A stretch of DNA of 62,794 nt, counting the filler, from Nemertoderma westbladi (lineage: Eukaryota; Animalia; Xenacoelomorpha), in NCBI GenBank assembly GCA_032718475.1. It is 3 parts of 3 records of this genome, joined end to end, with 100 filler letters (N's around TTAATTAATTAA, not from the genome) between each part and the next. Parts side by side here need not be neighbours in the genome. Positions count along the whole stretch, not along the records: positions 1 to 29,084 come from JAUCBJ010002465.1; positions 29,185 to 51,583 come from JAUCBJ010006532.1; 1 more part is not named here. The stretch is one strand, 5' to 3'. The position numbers and the translations under genes are program-made. Each line of letters starts with the position of its first letter. The first letter of the stretch is position 1. Under the pieces are notes generated by a model that had not been told where the DNA came from, did no database searches, and saw only the letters and a list, made by a program, of their open reading frames with translations. Positions 26,511 through 36,510 of this stretch are shown piece after piece.

Positions 26511-28688
26511 ATGGAGGCGTGGAAACAATGTAGCTCGTGGCTGCGAGCTTTAAAGGTCTGTGCTAACGAGGAGTGGGACAGGGGGGACGCCTTTGGATTG
26601 GCCCAAGACCTTCGGGATGGTGTGTTACTATGCCAACTCATAAACATCATCTTGCCGGGGTCCATCGGTCCACGTGACTACAACATAACTCCTAGGATGT
26701 CTCCCTTTCTTTGCAACAGGAATATACAGACGTTCTTGGATGTTTGTTCAAGTAAATTCAAGTTACCCTCGAAACACTTATTTGAACCCCCGGACTTGTA
26801 TGATCTTTACAATTTCAAGAAAGTTTTGCTCACCTTGAGCAAATTAAGCCAGTGCCCTCAAGTTTTGAAATTAGGTTTCCCCACATTTTCGACGAGTTCT
26901 CAAAGTAAAGTTACTAAGGGAGTTCCAAAATATGAGGAAGAAGACATTTATGGAACCTTCCCAGGATTGGCTGAAACCAACGCTTTGGAAGACGAAGAAG
27001 AACCCATATATTATGTTAAACGTGATGATGATGAAGATGATATTTATGAGAAAATGGGTCTCGTAACTGCAATAATAAAGTCGACTCCAAAAGGATCAAC
27101 CATTCCAAAAATCGGTATTCGCGACAAATGTATCAACGAACTAATCCAATCCGAAGAGAAATATGTTCAGGTATTAAATTCTATTCGTGTTCATTTTATA
27201 CAAAAACTCAATAAAGACTTGGATGATGCAGTGATGCGAACAATTTTCTGTAATTTGGAAGAGTTATATAAGGTGCATGAGGGGTTACTTGGTGACATGA
27301 AGCTCGCGTTGAAAGATCCAAATAAGCCGGTAGCCGAGAGTCTTTTAAAGTGGGGGAAAGACTTGCTCAAATATGGTGAGTATTGTTCCAACTTACCTGA
27401 TGCCTTTAATGAGGTCGACGATCAGCAGAAGGATAGTAGAATAAGAGAAGCGATACAGAATTGTGAACAGATTGCCAATGGTTGTAGTTTTCGTCTCAGA
27501 GACCTGTTAACGGTCCCAATGCAGAGAATTCTTAAATACCATCTGATAATACGAGATCTAAAGAAAGAAACCCCAGAGGGACATCCAACATATAATTCGG
27601 TGCTAAATGCCCTTGAATCTTTAGAAGATGTTGCCTGTTATGTGAATGAGGTTAAACGTGATTCCGAGAATTTGAAGTTCATTAAGAATGTTGAAGCTGC
27701 TCTTAAGGATTACAATGGGAGTCCCTTGAAGATGTACGGTAGACACCACAGAGATGGTGAGCTAAGAGTACAAGAAGGATTAAACAAGTCTTCCAGTGAA
27801 AAGCGGTATATATTTCTATTTGACGGGGCGATTGTAATCACCAAACTAAATAACGGCACGTATGTTTTCAAGAAGACCATACTGCCTAAAGAATTCGGTA
27901 TGGGACCACGGACTGTCGTTGGACGCGAGCAGGGATCTTGGAGTTACAATTGTTTTAATCTCGTTTCAAAACAAAATCAGATAATTTTCCACGCGAAAAC
28001 GGCTGAACTTCGAAACAAATGGCAGTACGATTTCGAAAAATGCTTCAACAACATTATGCCACCTGCACGTAATTTTAATGCTCACAATTTTGAATACTTC
28101 ACCTTCAACGAGCCAACTGACTGCATGCAGTGCGGTAAGTTATTCCACGGTTTGTTTTTTCAGGGATATAGATGCAGCGGATGTTTGGTGATAATGCACA
28201 ACCGATGCATTGAGAAAGATGTGGATGGTGCGTGTAAAGAACCGTTTCCAGTGAATTCACCTCCGTCTGTACCGGAGCATAACGCGGCATCTTACGATCG
28301 CCGCGTTTCATTACCACCTCCAGATGAGCTCTGGTTCGTTGGAGATATGTTACGAGATGACTCCATAAAACTTTTCAAAGGCCAACCAGATGGAACCTTT
28401 CTCATCCGAACAACATTTAAAGAAGGTAAATGCGAATACAAATTGGACGTAATGTGCAACACGGTTCAACACATACTTATAAGATTCGATAACGAATTAG
28501 GAGTGCCACCTAACTGCTTTTTGACCCCAACTATTAAATTTAGCACGATTCACCAACTGGTCAACTATTACTCGGAAAACTCATTGGAACCGAGTTTTGC
28601 CACGGTTAAAACTCGGTTACTGTTTTCAATAAAGGAACAAATGGGCTACAAGAAAAAGTTGTCACGATTTAAATCAGAACCAGCATAA
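26511..28688 (+). CDS. vav: Vav-family Rho/Rac guanine nucleotide exchange factor (CH-acidic-DH-PH-C1-SH2), single coding exon
   Basis: MEAWKQC..W and LRDGVLLCQL (Vav CH); EDIY, EPIY and DIY acidic tyrosines; LRDLLTVPMQRILKYHL (DH); HNFEYFTFNEPTDCMQC (C1); WFVG..GTFLIR (SH2). Confidence 0.95.
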   Translation: MEAWKQCSSWLRALKVCANEEWDRGDAFGLAQDLRDGVLLCQLINIILPGSIGPRDYNITPRMSPFLCNRNIQTFLDVCSSKFKLPSKHLFEPPDLYDLYNFKKVLLTLSKLSQCPQVLKLGFPTFSTSSQSKVTKGVPKYEEEDIYGTFPGLAETNALEDEEEPIYYVKRDDDEDDIYEKMGLVTAIIKSTPKGSTIPKIGIRDKCINELIQSEEKYVQVLNSIRVHFIQKLNKDLDDAVMRTIFCNLEELYKVHEGLLGDMKLALKDPNKPVAESLLKWGKDLLKYGEYCSNLPDAFNEVDDQQKDSRIREAIQNCEQIANGCSFRLRDLLTVPMQRILKYHLIIRDLKKETPEGHPTYNSVLNALESLEDVACYVNEVKRDSENLKFIKNVEAALKDYNGSPLKMYGRHHRDGELRVQEGLNKSSSEKRYIFLFDGAIVITKLNNGTYVFKKTILPKEFGMGPRTVVGREQGSWSYNCFNLVSKQNQIIFHAKTAELRNKWQYDFEKCFNNIMPPARNFNAHNFEYFTFNEPTDCMQCGKLFHGLFFQGYRCSGCLVIMHNRCIEKDVDGACKEPFPVNSPPSVPEHNAASYDRRVSLPPPDELWFVGDMLRDDSIKLFKGQPDGTFLIRTTFKEGKCEYKLDVMCNTVQHILIRFDNELGVPPNCFLTPTIKFSTIHQLVNYYSENSLEPSFATVKTRLLFSIKEQMGYKKKLSRFKSEPA

Positions 28689-29084
28689 TAACTAAATACT
28701 AATCGATGATTTTAGACGACAGGATTTTCTCTAGAAATTTAAGATGAATCTCTCACTCAAGTGTAGATTTATGTTACAGACTATGATTCCAAATCTATTG
28801 ACTGTAGGCCTACCGTTATGGCTACAGTTATTTATTATAGTTATTAGTTATTTATTATATGGACAAACCATTATTAAAGGTGCTAGAATAATTGTTTAAA
28901 AAGTTAAATTTAAAAAATTTTACAGATGGCAAGCCAAACGCTTGTGATTGTACAGTAGCTACCGAAAGTATTCGTCAAATGTAACAATTGAATGAGATAT
29001 ATAACTTTATATGATTCGTTGCCAGTCCTTTAAGTGAAGGACCGCTAAGAGGGGAGTAAAGTAAACTAAACTCGTATGTAATTA

Positions 29085-29184
29085 NNNNNNNNNNNNNNNN
29101 NNNNNNNNNNNNNNNNNNNNNNNNNNNNTTAATTAATTAANNNNNNNNNNNNNNNNNNNNNNNNNNNNNNNNNNNNNNNNNNNN
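29085..29184. other. Assembly gap with artificial six-frame stop linker
   Basis: N-run, TTAATTAATTAA, N-run; 100 nt in total. Confidence 0.98.
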
Positions 29185-30453
29185 CGGGACAGCGAGCTGA
29201 TCGCGCTGTCGCCACAACTTAATGACGACGGGATTCTAGTAATGAATTCTAGGGTGGGATACAACAACAGCATAATGATACCACCGAAACCCATCATTAT
29301 TCCCACAGGATCGCCAATAGTCCACCAGATTATCTGGGACTCCCATAAGTCGATATTGCACGGGGGCACCAACCGAACCCTCACGGAGATAAGGAGGACC
29401 TTTTGGGTCAAACAGTTGAGGAAGAAGGTAAAAGCGGTAGTGGGGCAGTGCCAGACCTGCCGACGAGCGAAGAAGGAGCGGGCCATACAAGAGATGGCGC
29501 CACTACCGGCGAGTAGAGTGGGACAGCATGGCCCGCCATTTACGCATTGCGGTGTGGACATGTTTGGGCCGATAAAGATCAAGGCGATGCGGCACACGGA
29601 GAAACGCTACGGCATCATCTTCGTATGTAACAACACGCGGGCGGTAGGGATAGAACTCGCCCAAGATGCAACCGCATCAGCATTCATTAATGCCTTAGAA
29701 AGGTTTAGAGACCGCAAAGGTGGGACGATCGCAGTGATATACAGCGACAACGGCACCAACTTTGTGGGCGCAGAGAATGAGATGGCAGAGGCCTTGGACA
29801 TCTTGGAAGGGGAGGAAGTCAAGGCGGCCATGAGACGACGACAAGTAAAGTGGGAGAGAAGGATGCCGTATGCACCACATACACTAGGATGCGTCGAGAG
29901 ACTGGTGGGCAGTTCAAAGCGTCTAATGACGAAGCTAATGAACACCCACATGGTCACAGAGGACATCTTGAGAACAGTATTAGCGAAGTGTGAGGGTATC
30001 ATTAATAGCAGACCACTATATCCGGAGAATGATGACCCTGAATCACTAGACGTGCTGACGCCTAGCCATTTTCTAATGGAAAGGCCAGCGACCATCGATA
30101 TGCGGGGTGTAGATCCAGACGACGTACACTCCCGCCAGAGTTGGAAAGTCGCTAAAGCTATAAGCGCAGAGTATTGGAGGAGGTGGGTTGAAGAATACCT
30201 ACCCACGCTCCATAAAAGAAGCAAGTGGAGGAAGCCGAATAGGGAGTTAAGAGAGGGAGATCTCGTAATCGTTACGGATGATACTATCATCAACAACCAA
30301 TGGCGGTTGGCGAGAGTTGTAGGCACTTACTCCGACGAGGACGGAAGAGTCCGATCGGTAGAAGTGCGGATAGGTGGTAAGATAGGTGCGAAGGACAGAA
30401 AAACTTACAGGAGAGCTGTAGGGAAATGCTGTCTGTTAGAAGGGGCACCTTAG
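29185..30453 (+). CDS. BEL/Pao polyprotein C-terminus: H2C2 integrase, DDE core and DUF5641-type tail (5' part lost in the gap)
   Basis: H..ILHGG..CQTC; GVDMFGP; YSDNGTNFVGA; GCVERLV; INSRPL; LTPSHFL; WRRWVEEYLPTL; DGRVRSVEV. The frame is intact. Confidence 0.95.
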   Translation, partial: RDSELIALSPQLNDDGILVMNSRVGYNNSIMIPPKPIIIPTGSPIVHQIIWDSHKSILHGGTNRTLTEIRRTFWVKQLRKKVKAVVGQCQTCRRAKKERAIQEMAPLPASRVGQHGPPFTHCGVDMFGPIKIKAMRHTEKRYGIIFVCNNTRAVGIELAQDATASAFINALERFRDRKGGTIAVIYSDNGTNFVGAENEMAEALDILEGEEVKAAMRRRQVKWERRMPYAPHTLGCVERLVGSSKRLMTKLMNTHMVTEDILRTVLAKCEGIINSRPLYPENDDPESLDVLTPSHFLMERPATIDMRGVDPDDVHSRQSWKVAKAISAEYWRRWVEEYLPTLHKRSKWRKPNRELREGDLVIVTDDTIINNQWRLARVVGTYSDEDGRVRSVEVRIGGKIGAKDRKTYRRAVGKCCLLEGAP

Positions 30454-30579
30454 TGGAGTTAGAGAAGAGTTTAGTCGTCCAAGATTTGGACTGAGGGGGG
30501 TGGGATTGAGGGCGAGACGCCCTTCCCACACAAAAATTGAAAATAAAAATAAAATCATAATATACAGTAGGTACGTAAT

Positions 30580-31200
30580 TAGTAGGCAGAAGTTAGTCAG
30601 TAAGAAGGTACGTAGTACCTAGAGTTAGTTAGCTAGTTAGGAGGTACGTAGTACCGTCAGTTAGTTAGTTAGTCAGTAAGAGGGTATGTAGTACCGTTAG
30701 TTAGAGAGTTAGAGGGTACGTAGTACCATTAGGTAGGGAGTTAGAGGGTACGTAGTACCGTTAGGTAGAGAGTTAGAGGGTACGTAGTACCGTTAATTAG
30801 AGAGTTAGAGGGTACGTAGTACCATTAGGTAGGGAGTTAGAGGGTACGTAGTACCGTTAGGTAGAGAGTTAGAGGGTATGTAGTACCGTTAATTAGAGAG
30901 TTAGAGGGTACGTAGTACCATTAGGTAGGGAGTTAGAGGGTACGTAGTACCGTTAGGTAGAGAGTTAGAGGGTACGTAGTACCGTTAATTAGAGAAGAGT
31001 TAGAGGGTACGTAGTACCGTTAGCTAGAGAAGAGTTAGAGGGTATGTAGTACCGCTAGTTAGAGAGTTAGAGGGTACGTAGTACCGTTAGTTAGAGAGAG
31101 AGTAAGAGTTAGAGGGTACGTAGTACCGTTAGTTAGAGAGAGAGTAAGAGTTAGAGGGTACGTAGTACCGTTAGTTAGAGAGAGAGTAAGAGGTAGAAGG
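30580..31200 (+). repeat. 32-bp tandem array with a 96-bp higher-order unit, inside the retrotransposon
   Basis: Unit TTAGAGGGTACGTAGTACC(A/G)TTA(GG/AT)TAG(G/A)GAG; three variants cycle in order across about 30709-30995. Confidence 0.95.
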
Positions 31201-31668
31201 GTATATAAGATATAGATATTAGTTAGCAGTTAGTAGCGAGAGGGGGGCATATATGAGTACAGCTGGGTAAATCGTGTGGCCACGCGATGCGACGTATACT
31301 GCTGTACTGCACAGGCCCACAGAGTAGGCCAGAATGTGGATTAGAGAATAGAATAATCCATAGGCAATAGTAAGTAGTAGGACAGTAGAATTAAAACTAA
31401 ACTAAAATAAATAGAATAGGGCCGAAAGTTACAAATTATGGCAACACTAGGAAAGTTATTCTGGAACGTAATAAAAGTAACTGACAGAAATTGAAATTAG
31501 GGTGTATTTACTAGCTTCAGAATTAATTAGTAATAATTTAGGCTAAAAGGCGCAGTTGAGTAAGGAATTGGCCATTATCGGACCGTACAGAACATCTTAG
31601 ATACATCACTCATCTGTATTGCGCCTTGGTAAGGCACCACCTTGCAGGTGAGCGAGTGAGTGTTCGGA

Positions 31669-32949
31669 ATGGCGAGCAAATTGATCAGAAAGAGAAAGGC
31701 GGAGTCAGGAGGAAAGGAGATACTGGTGGATTTCACCGAGAGGCATCCGGAAGAGAAGACGAGAGGATACTACGAGAGGTTGGAAAAGGGTCACGCGGCA
31801 CGAGCGCTGCAGGATCACTTCCGGGAGATGCACGAACAGCGGCTGGTCGGGACCTACGGGACGCCGTCACTGGACAACGCGATCATCCAACACTTCCACT
31901 ATGTGGTGAAAGGGGACGAGGCGAAGTTCGGGATTCCGAAGTACCCGAGGGAATCACCGAGGAAGGATTGGAAGAGATTCATAGAGTCCGTCAACAGGGG
32001 AGGATATATGATCCTAGACGACGAGGGAACCGTGGAAGACGAGGAGGGTTCGAGACGAGGATCAGCGGGGTCGGCCAGGACCATACTCCTACATTTGGCC
32101 ACGCCAAATGGGGACATCTTCTTATTCGATCTAGGAACGTATGGGAAGAAGGACGGGCCGAAATTAAACCGGTTGCCGAAAGCGGTGCAAGTCTTGGTAA
32201 GAGAGAAGTCGACGACGAAAGTGGGATCGGCGATTCGCGAGGACGCGGAGAGAATCATCGGTCCGGATGCCACCAACCTCCTGGATATGCAGAAGGTCTT
32301 CATGGCTATGACGGCACCGGATGGGTTGGGGGTAGTCGGGAACACAGGCCAATGCGGGGCGGTGGCAATGGGCCAACTGTTGGGGCTCGTATGCCACAAA
32401 CCGATGGACTGGGGGAAGTTCAGGGAGGAATACGGAGCAGAACTAGCGAACTCGCTAAAGTGGGGAGCGAGACCGGGAAAGCAAGAGGCATATCAATTCC
32501 GCAGAGGAGCGATAAAGGTATATCAGAAGCGATATATCCTGCAGGAAGATTGGATGATGATAAGTTTGCTTAACTTATTCATGACCGTGGTTATCGAGAG
32601 GGAACCAGCGGCATTTCTGTTATCGGGATCACCCCTAAGCTACAGGAGAGCCTTTAAAATGGCCTTCGACGGTCTGGTAGACCACCCGGGGCTGAAGGGC
32701 GAGTCGGTGTACTACAACAGCCGACATCTGATAGACGGGGAGACAGATACGCCGTATCAGAGATGGGAGCAGCTAGAGACGGATAGACGAGAAGCAAAGC
32801 GACTGGAAGAAGTCGCTAGACGGGAGAGGATAGAAGCAGAGGAGAGGGAGGAGGAGGCCAGGACGCAGAGTTACGGCTTCGAGGAACACGCAGGCTTAGA
32901 CGAACTTCGTTGGACTTCATCGGGGAGTTCGGGGGAGTCTCTAGGGTGA
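31669..32949 (+). CDS. Accessory ORF: DEDDy 3'-5' exonuclease-like protein (WRN/EXD/Mut-7 type)
   Basis: ILDDEG (ExoI DxE); LLHLATPNGDIFLFDL; LPKAVQVLVREKSTTKVGSAIREDAERI (ExoII); LLDMQ; QKRYILQED (ExoIII-like). First ATG at 31669. Confidence 0.72.
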   Translation: MASKLIRKRKAESGGKEILVDFTERHPEEKTRGYYERLEKGHAARALQDHFREMHEQRLVGTYGTPSLDNAIIQHFHYVVKGDEAKFGIPKYPRESPRKDWKRFIESVNRGGYMILDDEGTVEDEEGSRRGSAGSARTILLHLATPNGDIFLFDLGTYGKKDGPKLNRLPKAVQVLVREKSTTKVGSAIREDAERIIGPDATNLLDMQKVFMAMTAPDGLGVVGNTGQCGAVAMGQLLGLVCHKPMDWGKFREEYGAELANSLKWGARPGKQEAYQFRRGAIKVYQKRYILQEDWMMISLLNLFMTVVIEREPAAFLLSGSPLSYRRAFKMAFDGLVDHPGLKGESVYYNSRHLIDGETDTPYQRWEQLETDRREAKRLEEVARRERIEAEEREEEARTQSYGFEEHAGLDELRWTSSGSSGESLG

Positions 32950-32952
32950 TAA

Positions 32953-33945
32953 TTGGGATGGACGGTGGGATCGCCGAAACAGTCGACGTCGGGGTTGCAA
33001 GCGATGCCCATACCAGCGGGCGCCGAAGGCGACCAACCGCCAAGGAAGTTAAGGGAGCTAGAGGGATGGAGAGCTACGGGCGAGAGCCAAGGCGGGAAGG
33101 GACATAGTGGATCCATCGGGATACCGGGGTTGGAGCCACTGCCAGAGGAGGAGGAGGACGACGACGAGTTCGGAGGGGTGTCGCCCATCGAGAGGATTGG
33201 CCACTCGGACACGGACTGGGTTGGCGGGAGAGTGGTGACGGCCAGTGGGGCAAGGGCCTTCTGGGATAGACCCGACAAGCGGGCCTGGGTGCACGAGGAG
33301 CCGGCGATGGATTTCGCGGGGAGCACTATCAGGTTGGGCGAGCAACCGGGGACGGCACCACAGGTAGTATTCGGGGAGACGATGCCCGAGAGGGGCGGAG
33401 AGATCGACGTAGACAGGGACACCAACGTGCAGAAGTTCGCCTACCAGCGACTCCACAGACCGCGGAGATCACTTGGGACGAAAGACGACGTGGGGCGGGA
33501 GACATTGGTACTTGGTTGCGACTACTGTGGGAGACAGACCCACCAGGAAAGGAGCTGCTTGTACCGGTTCCAGAAGGGAACCTTTTGTCTCTACTGCCGC
33601 GAGTCGAGCCACAGGATGGGGGCGTGTCCACGGTTGCACAACCGATGTCCGAAGTGCAACTTTCGGGGACACTACGGACGCCAGTGCGACTGGATGGACG
33701 ACGAAGAGAAGTTCAGAAGATTTGAGGAGTGGGCCGACGTCGGGGCCATGACGCGCCAGCGCATGAAGGCCCAGGAGTTCAAGTGGGGTTTCTTCCTTAT
33801 CAATCAGGAGGCTCACATGGAAATCATAAAGCGGAGGCTACCGTTTACCTATCAAGAGGTAGCAACGGCGGCGTCGTATGCCGGAGTGATGAATACACAA
33901 AGATACTTGGACAGGTGGACGCCACAGAACCCGAGGGGAGTTTAG
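32953..33945 (+). CDS. Accessory ORF with three CCHC zinc knuckles, in frame with the exonuclease ORF
   Basis: CDYCGRQTHQERSC, CLYCRESSHRMGAC and CPKCNFRGHYGRQC are all perfect CX2CX4HX4C; separated from the upstream ORF only by TGA-TAA. Confidence 0.8.
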   Translation: MGWTVGSPKQSTSGLQAMPIPAGAEGDQPPRKLRELEGWRATGESQGGKGHSGSIGIPGLEPLPEEEEDDDEFGGVSPIERIGHSDTDWVGGRVVTASGARAFWDRPDKRAWVHEEPAMDFAGSTIRLGEQPGTAPQVVFGETMPERGGEIDVDRDTNVQKFAYQRLHRPRRSLGTKDDVGRETLVLGCDYCGRQTHQERSCLYRFQKGTFCLYCRESSHRMGACPRLHNRCPKCNFRGHYGRQCDWMDDEEKFRRFEEWADVGAMTRQRMKAQEFKWGFFLINQEAHMEIIKRRLPFTYQEVATAASYAGVMNTQRYLDRWTPQNPRGV

Positions 33946-34933
33946 GGATTTCTTGGCGGAGCACGTGCCGCGGCGAGCAATGAAGATGATCCTATGGGAC
34001 GCCACCAGAGGGAGACAACAGGGCCACTCGGAGGGGCCACCGGCGAAGCGATATCGGGCACTAATAACACCAGCGCCCAAGGAGCCAACAACCGGAATCA
34101 GTAGGGAGGTGGCGGCGAAAGTCCGAAGGCAGAAAGCGGATCCCAGAGGAGCGGTAGTAACCAAGAAACGACCCAGGGAAGAGGACGACAGAGGGAACTA
34201 TCTCCAGAGGGACAAATAGGTTCCCAGGGCCGGGGGGAGAGAAACTGAGACTTGGACGTGGTACGCCTGGAAGGCGCCGCGTGGGACGTACGAACTATTA
34301 AGTACAAATTAAACTGATGCAAAATAATAAATAAGTGCAATTATATGTACGTACGTAGTAATCAGTAGTTTAGTAATAAAATATATGTTCGAAGTAAGTA
34401 CTATAGTCATACAACCTTTCTCAATTAGCTACTGGGACTGGGGGGCTAACTGACTATGGCACTAGGGACGAGACGCCAGACGATTTCACACTTCTTGAGT
34501 GCGACGGCACAGGAGGGGGGGGGGGGGGGGTGAGACTCGTCAGAAGGGATAAGGTAGTCAAAGAGAGACGGAGTAATAGTGCGAAGTGCGGAGAGAGTGC
34601 AGATGCAATTCTAGTGTGGGGAGGGAGGAATAAGAGGCTGAGTGAGGGACGAGGAGGTCCGAGGGTATGCGAGAGTTAGGGTGAGAGTGGAGAAGGGATA
34701 GGGCGAAAGTGTTGGGGAAACAAAAGTCGTGTGAGAAGTGAGCGCGATCGGCCCGACATGGGACGCCAGGCATACAGGGTAGCGTTATCATACCCATAGG
34801 GAGCGGCCTGGAAAGCCGGCTCCGGGAGAAAAGAATTCCACCCCACACCCGATACTAGATCGGGATCCAGCGGGATTATAGCGCACTTTAGGTGGATGCT
34901 ATCTTCTCACCGGGAAGATAGCATGGGGGGGAG

Positions 34934-35590
34934 TGTTAGCTTATTCAATCCCGCTAACCCAAACCCTAAAGTAAGCCGATAAGCAATATTGGGGGCCACG
35001 AAATTGGATAATCAATCACTCGTGTCACCCCAACAAAATGGGAAGGAGAAACACACAATGAGGGTCAGGGGCCAAACCCCTAACAGAGAGAGAGCAGGTG
35101 GAGTGAACGGGAAAACTCCAAAGGGCGCCAACAAGGGTATCAACCAATCAGAGGGGGGAAAGGCATCGATTAGGTAGAGTAACAAGGCCAACCCGTGCAA
35201 TATAGCCAGTTGGCAGTAATCATTTACTCAGTTATCTCAGTGCTAGTTACTGGTGTTACTGTAGTTTACAATAGTTTAGTTAGGGAAGTACCGGGACTTC
35301 AATTACCGTCTCCCGCCTTCCATATACAATAACTTTATCCACCATTATACCGTATCTATATCCATATACCCAAACATTATACACATCGAATAACCGAAAC
35401 TCTTTTACTCTTCACACACGGCGGGGACGCGTGAACTGACAAAACCGGATAAACCGGGATCCCATCTGGATCCCGTCACACTCGGCACCCCACTAAAACC
35501 AAACCCACTGCCCTCGGCGCCCAGCAATACCCCCACTGCATCTTTGTATCCTCGTTTTGTTAAATCGAACCATGAATTAACTAAAATTAT
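34934..35590 (+). repeat. Putative 3' LTR of the BEL/Pao element
   Basis: Begins with TGT directly after the PPT; TATA-like AATATAG followed by TCAGT motifs near 35200-35240; no clear ACA end and no 5' LTR available for comparison. Confidence 0.6.
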
Positions 35591-35975
35591 CAATTGATAT
35601 CAATTTCCGCCCATGTGAAGAATACCAGGATTTCACTTTTCGGTCGACTTTTTATTGGAATTTTATATATGAAGATTATTTTTTTTTTTTAATTTATCTT
35701 TATTAAGTGTTTCAAAGCGCTTATTTCTGTCTTATAACCTGTACATATACTAATTTGTTTATTGTTTTGGTTAGATTCAGCCCTTCTGTGACCTGTATTT
35801 TTGGTAAAACCTGGTATTCTTCACATGGGGGTAACTGCAAAGTGAAATATAACTGCAGAAAGTCTGGTATACTTCACATGGGCCTCAATTTCAGTTTCTC
35901 TTAATCAATTTTAACAGAAATTTAAATTGATAAAATATCAATTGATAAAATATCAATTGATATCAATATCAATAG
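35585..35975. mobile_element. Small foldback/MITE-like element
   Basis: CCCATGTGAAGAATACCAGG versus CCTGGTATTCTTCACATGGG; ATCAATTGATA palindromes at both ends; partial copy at about 37975-38080. Confidence 0.55.
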
Positions 35976-36510
35976 ACAAGCCTGTTGATATGGCTCAACA
36001 TTTTTCATATTGTGGTAATGCACAATTATCAATCCATCTTTTCAATTTTATTGATATAATTAATAAATAATAATAATAATAGTTTTAAATATTTATTTTA
36101 CATTTTAGCTACACTAACTACAGTAGTTAACATTTACACTTTACCGTATTGCTGCATCGCCTATTAACGAATACATCACACCCACTGAGATTGAGACATA
36201 ACTGTACAGTAGGTGTAACTATGAGTGTGTCATACCATATGTCAATATTGCGGTATATTATACACTACGTGTATCACATGCGAAAACTGCGGGGAACTTT
36301 CTTAACCTTGGCGTGTCTCATTGTGGCTCACAGGCTGCGCTGGCATGTTATTTTATTAGCCACATCAAAGCTCTGAGTTGACTTTGGCAACGGATGTAGT
36401 TTCTTACTAATTAATCTGTGAAACCAATTGATTATAGTCAAATAACAACCCCGTCAGACAATAATTATTGTATATACAACTAATAATTTCTACTGTCTAC
36501 GTAACGTTTA

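Larger units (their letters stand above)
29185..35590 (+). mobile_element. BEL/Pao LTR retrotransposon, 3' half, with an extra cargo region
   Basis: Integrase, then a tandem array and accessory ORFs, then PPT GGGGGGGAG (34925-34933) abutting TGTTAG. The + strand is uniformly purine-rich from the integrase to the PPT. The 3' boundary is approximate. Confidence 0.8.

Noticed and set aside
29129-29140. TTAATTAATTAA palindrome inside N-runs (also near 51628)
   Set aside because: Artificial scaffolding linker. Adjacency across the gaps (for example Vav next to the BEL element) should not be interpreted.
30580-31200. CRISPR-like or telomeric array
   Set aside because: There are no unique spacers and no cas genes, the context is eukaryotic, and the TTAG motifs are not tandem telomeric repeats.
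31626-33816. Many overlapping and antisense ORFs (for example the 315-aa ORF at 31626)
   Set aside because: Expected shadows of GC-rich, purine-skewed coding sequence; no recognisable motifs.
31669-33945. Cargo as env or as the gag of a second element
   Set aside because: No signal peptide, TM segment or fusion-protein cysteine pattern. The knuckles follow an exonuclease-like domain and are not followed by protease or RT.
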